Of a stretch of 64,000 nt of DNA, positions 60,924-64,000 are shown one piece after another. The stretch covers positions 3,286,001 through 3,350,000 of the forward strand of contig NW_026889772.1 of NCBI RefSeq assembly GCF_033153115.1, read 5' to 3'. Under the pieces are notes generated by a model. That model was not told the origin of the DNA, made no database searches, and was given only the letters and a program-made list of their open reading frames with translations. The position numbers and the translations under genes were made by a program. This DNA comes from Saccostrea echinata. Its lineage: Eukaryota. Numbering within the stretch: position 1 is the first letter of the stretch; every line of letters begins with the position of its first letter.

Positions 60924-63851
60924 TAAGTACCTCAGTAACAAGCTGAAAATCAAATACAGTGTCCAATTTCTGCTTCTAAGAAATTTACTTTTTAAATCCT
61001 TAAAAACAGATGCACAATTCTTGAACAGATTTACAAATGCCACACACTACATTTTGACGTCTTCTGTGTTGCGACAACAGCCATAATCACATAAATAATG
61101 ATGAATTCTTTTAACTCAGAGAAAAATGTTATAAAGATATTTTATTTAAATTTCTAGGTAGCATTAAAAATTCAAAATATTGAAATGTGTATGTTTTTCT
61201 GGGACAACCCTTGCATATACTTTATATCAAAAGGATTTATCACTGTCTTAATTAACATGATCAACATCATTAAACATAAGCCATGCCTACTGACATCAAG
61301 CAAGCTCACTATCATAATGATGGTACATTATCCACATTAAATAATACTGCCAATACAAAGGCTAACATAAACATAGGAATAGTATGAGCTTGCAGCCCTG
61401 TATGTTCACTTGTTACAAAATCAACTCACAGCTCTAGATGAGAGTAAAAGTAAGAGGAATAAGTTCTAAATGGACAATAAGTATCAATTTTTTTTGTCAG
61501 AGTGGCTATAGGAATTAAACTTTTGTTTATAAGTTTCTGTTTCATAAAAGAATGAATAAACTTGTTATGTGTATGCATGTTCAACTATGGGAATTAAAAC
61601 TTCAGCAATCAGTTTCCGTGTATGCATGTACTAGTGTTTTATTCATTGAGCACTTCACCGATTTTATCCCTTGACAAATCTAACAGGGAAGAATGAAATG
61701 GTTGTTACTTTATATAACTATCTACTTCATGTCAATGACCATTATCCCTGATCATAGTACGTGTACTGTAAGTATAGGGAAGAAATAAAATTAAGGAGCA
61801 AAAAAATAAGAAAAAATGTATTCCTTAAATTATTTTTTCTTTACATTCATCTAGGTCCAAAAGGAAAAAATACACGATACAATGGTATTATTAAATAGAA
61901 ACATAATAAAGAGCTAATAATTCTATTTTTTTTACATTCATGTGAGACCAAAAGGGAAAAAAATATACACGATACAACAGTATTATTTAAAAACATCATA
62001 ATCAAAGATATTAATTCAAATTGGAAGATGGTTCACTTCTGCCCCAAGACATCATTAAGTAAAGTTCAATGTTCTCTTTCGTCAGAGGTTAATGTGTACC
62101 ATAGGTGATTTTTTTTAATGAATGGAAGATAGGGTTATTGATCAACAGTGATTATGCCTGGTGTAATGGTATAGACAAGGACTCACATATAAGTGCAATA
62201 TAATCTACAGATGTATGTCTCTCCATCTGTCATAGTGATCTTTAGCATTTCCCCGCTCTACAGTACATCTAAGTCAATGTATATATAGTAGATATATCAT
62301 GTACTATGTACATTGTATTATATTAAAATATCTGCTGAAATAAAATCAAAGTGCAAGTACATTTAGTGATGTAATTACCTGTCTCTTAATGAGTATTAAA
62401 ATCTATTCTCAGTTCATGCTGTAATATCATTAAATAAATATTAGGGTGTCATATTCTGATAAACCAGTTTTAGGACTGTCAAATACATTTATTAAGCCTG
62501 GGTTGGCCTTCAACTCTTTTTGTTGGTTTTGGCCATATGTGGAATAAAAAGGAAATTTAACTCAACATAAAAGACTTGTTATCTTTGAGTGTTTGATAAC
62601 AATCACTTCCTAGCCAACACGATTTACAAACACTACAACACACCCTAACCTAGTTTTCAGTCAATGTTACGTAAACTCAGTCTCAGTACACAAAGTTCAA
62701 TAACTTCTGCTACCAACCACTCTACCTAATTTACATTAAAACATTTTAATGAGCTTCATTAATTATCCCTGGCTTTACTAAAACTCATAGATCACAATTA
62801 CTCCATATACTGAAATACCAAATTTGCCATACTCATAAAAACTTGATCAATAGATAGGCCACTGAATACAAAAACAGTATTGTATTAAAGAGGAAAAAAA
62901 TGTTTCCTCTTTGTTGTAATCAATTTTTAGGTCAATGTACTAGTAACAGTGAAATTTGTGAGTGCAATGACACAATTATAAATCCTGTCACTACCACCAG
63001 CTAGCTTTCAAATGTCATGTTTTTTAAGCATTGTTTTCATGTTTCAAAAAAATAGACAGGGATATTTATCATAATGGGGAGAAATAATGACTTAATTTGA
63101 AAAAGTACTGTTCACATATTGCAATTCAGAGTTATTTACAGCATTTATCTATCATGGTAATAAGTCTAATCATATTCCATATTTTGTGCCTTCAACAAAG
63201 AACTGAATTTCTCAAAACTTGATATCAAACATTAAATGTTTTGGATTGCATGATTAGAATTACATTTTTTTTTTTAAATAAGACCATACCATCCATATCT
63301 AATTCACAATTTAACTGCTGTTAATATGTAATAACTAGATCTCAAAATATTTAATACTGGTACATACTATAGACAATCACACTAACAGACAGATGGACAC
63401 CATACTATCACAAATAACTGGTGTTAATTTAAGGCTGTACACAAAACCTATATTTCTGACATGAAAATTATTGAGTAAAACAAAAATAAGCTTGAATGTG
63501 TTGGTTACTTTCTAAAACAAAAAACTGTCTAAACCTGGTCACATACTGTAGCAAAAACCATGCTTATGTTAGATGATGGAACAAAAACTTGCTTATATTT
63601 GTCAAAACCTATCTCAGAAACTGTAAGCAAAACCAGGAAATGCTGTCTGATGTAACATAAATATATATAGTCAACAAAAATCAGCCTTCATTGGTCAGAC
63701 TACAAAATAAAATCAGCTCTTTTAAGAAAATCATGATTTAATTGCTTGTCCTCTGAAACCATGCATCATAGAGCTGACATGCTTTAAATACCATTCTCTT
63801 CAAAATATCAATCTGAATCTCTTTAAATTGAACATTCCAGACTATAATCAA

Positions 63852-64000
63852 CTCAGGTTGTTCAGTCTGTAAACAAACCCTAGCTCAGGTTGTTCAGTCT
63901 GTAAACAAACCCTAGCTCAGGTTGTTCAGTCTGTAAACAAACCCTAGCTCAGGTTGTTCAGTCTGTAAACAAACCCTAGCTCAGGTTGTTCAGTCTGTAA
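63852..64000. repeat. 32-bp perfect tandem repeat, at least 4.5 copies, running off the window end
   Basis: Unit CTCAGGTTGTTCAGTCTGTAAACAAACCCTAG at 63852, 63884, 63916, 63948 and 63980. Confidence 0.95.

Overview
AT-rich, intron-containing animal genomic DNA. The repeat families and gene content point to a bivalve mollusc, probably an oyster (inference). Four protein-coding genes were reconstructed by hand with phase-consistent GT-AG junctions. (1) A 3-coding-exon, 1058-aa gene on the minus strand encoding an RS-repeat, charged coiled-coil, acidic-tail protein (9810-18344). (2) TEX52 on the plus strand, head-to-head with gene 1 (23649-25039), with RFX X-box-like motifs near both 5' ends. (3) A single-coding-exon B-box/B-box/NHL-propeller TRIM-like gene (28863-30059, minus). 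(4) Seven exons of the nuclear receptor E78/NR1E (50423-59522, minus); no upstream exon was found in the window. The rest is mostly non-autonomous elements: tRNA-derived SINEs with TSDs, Penelope-like RT 3' fragments, TTAA-, TA- and 8-bp-TSD MITEs, Helentron-like satellite carriers and foldbacks. Two unusual patterns stand out. (a) Four unrelated tandem-repeat arrays (75, 99, 41 and about 75-80 bp units) each start at an exon 3' end / 5' splice site and extend only into the downstream intron; three of them copy the donor site. (b) The palindrome TACATGTA is about ten-fold over-represented and appears as a 6-bp insertion in older repeats, consistent with Tc1/mariner excision footprints.
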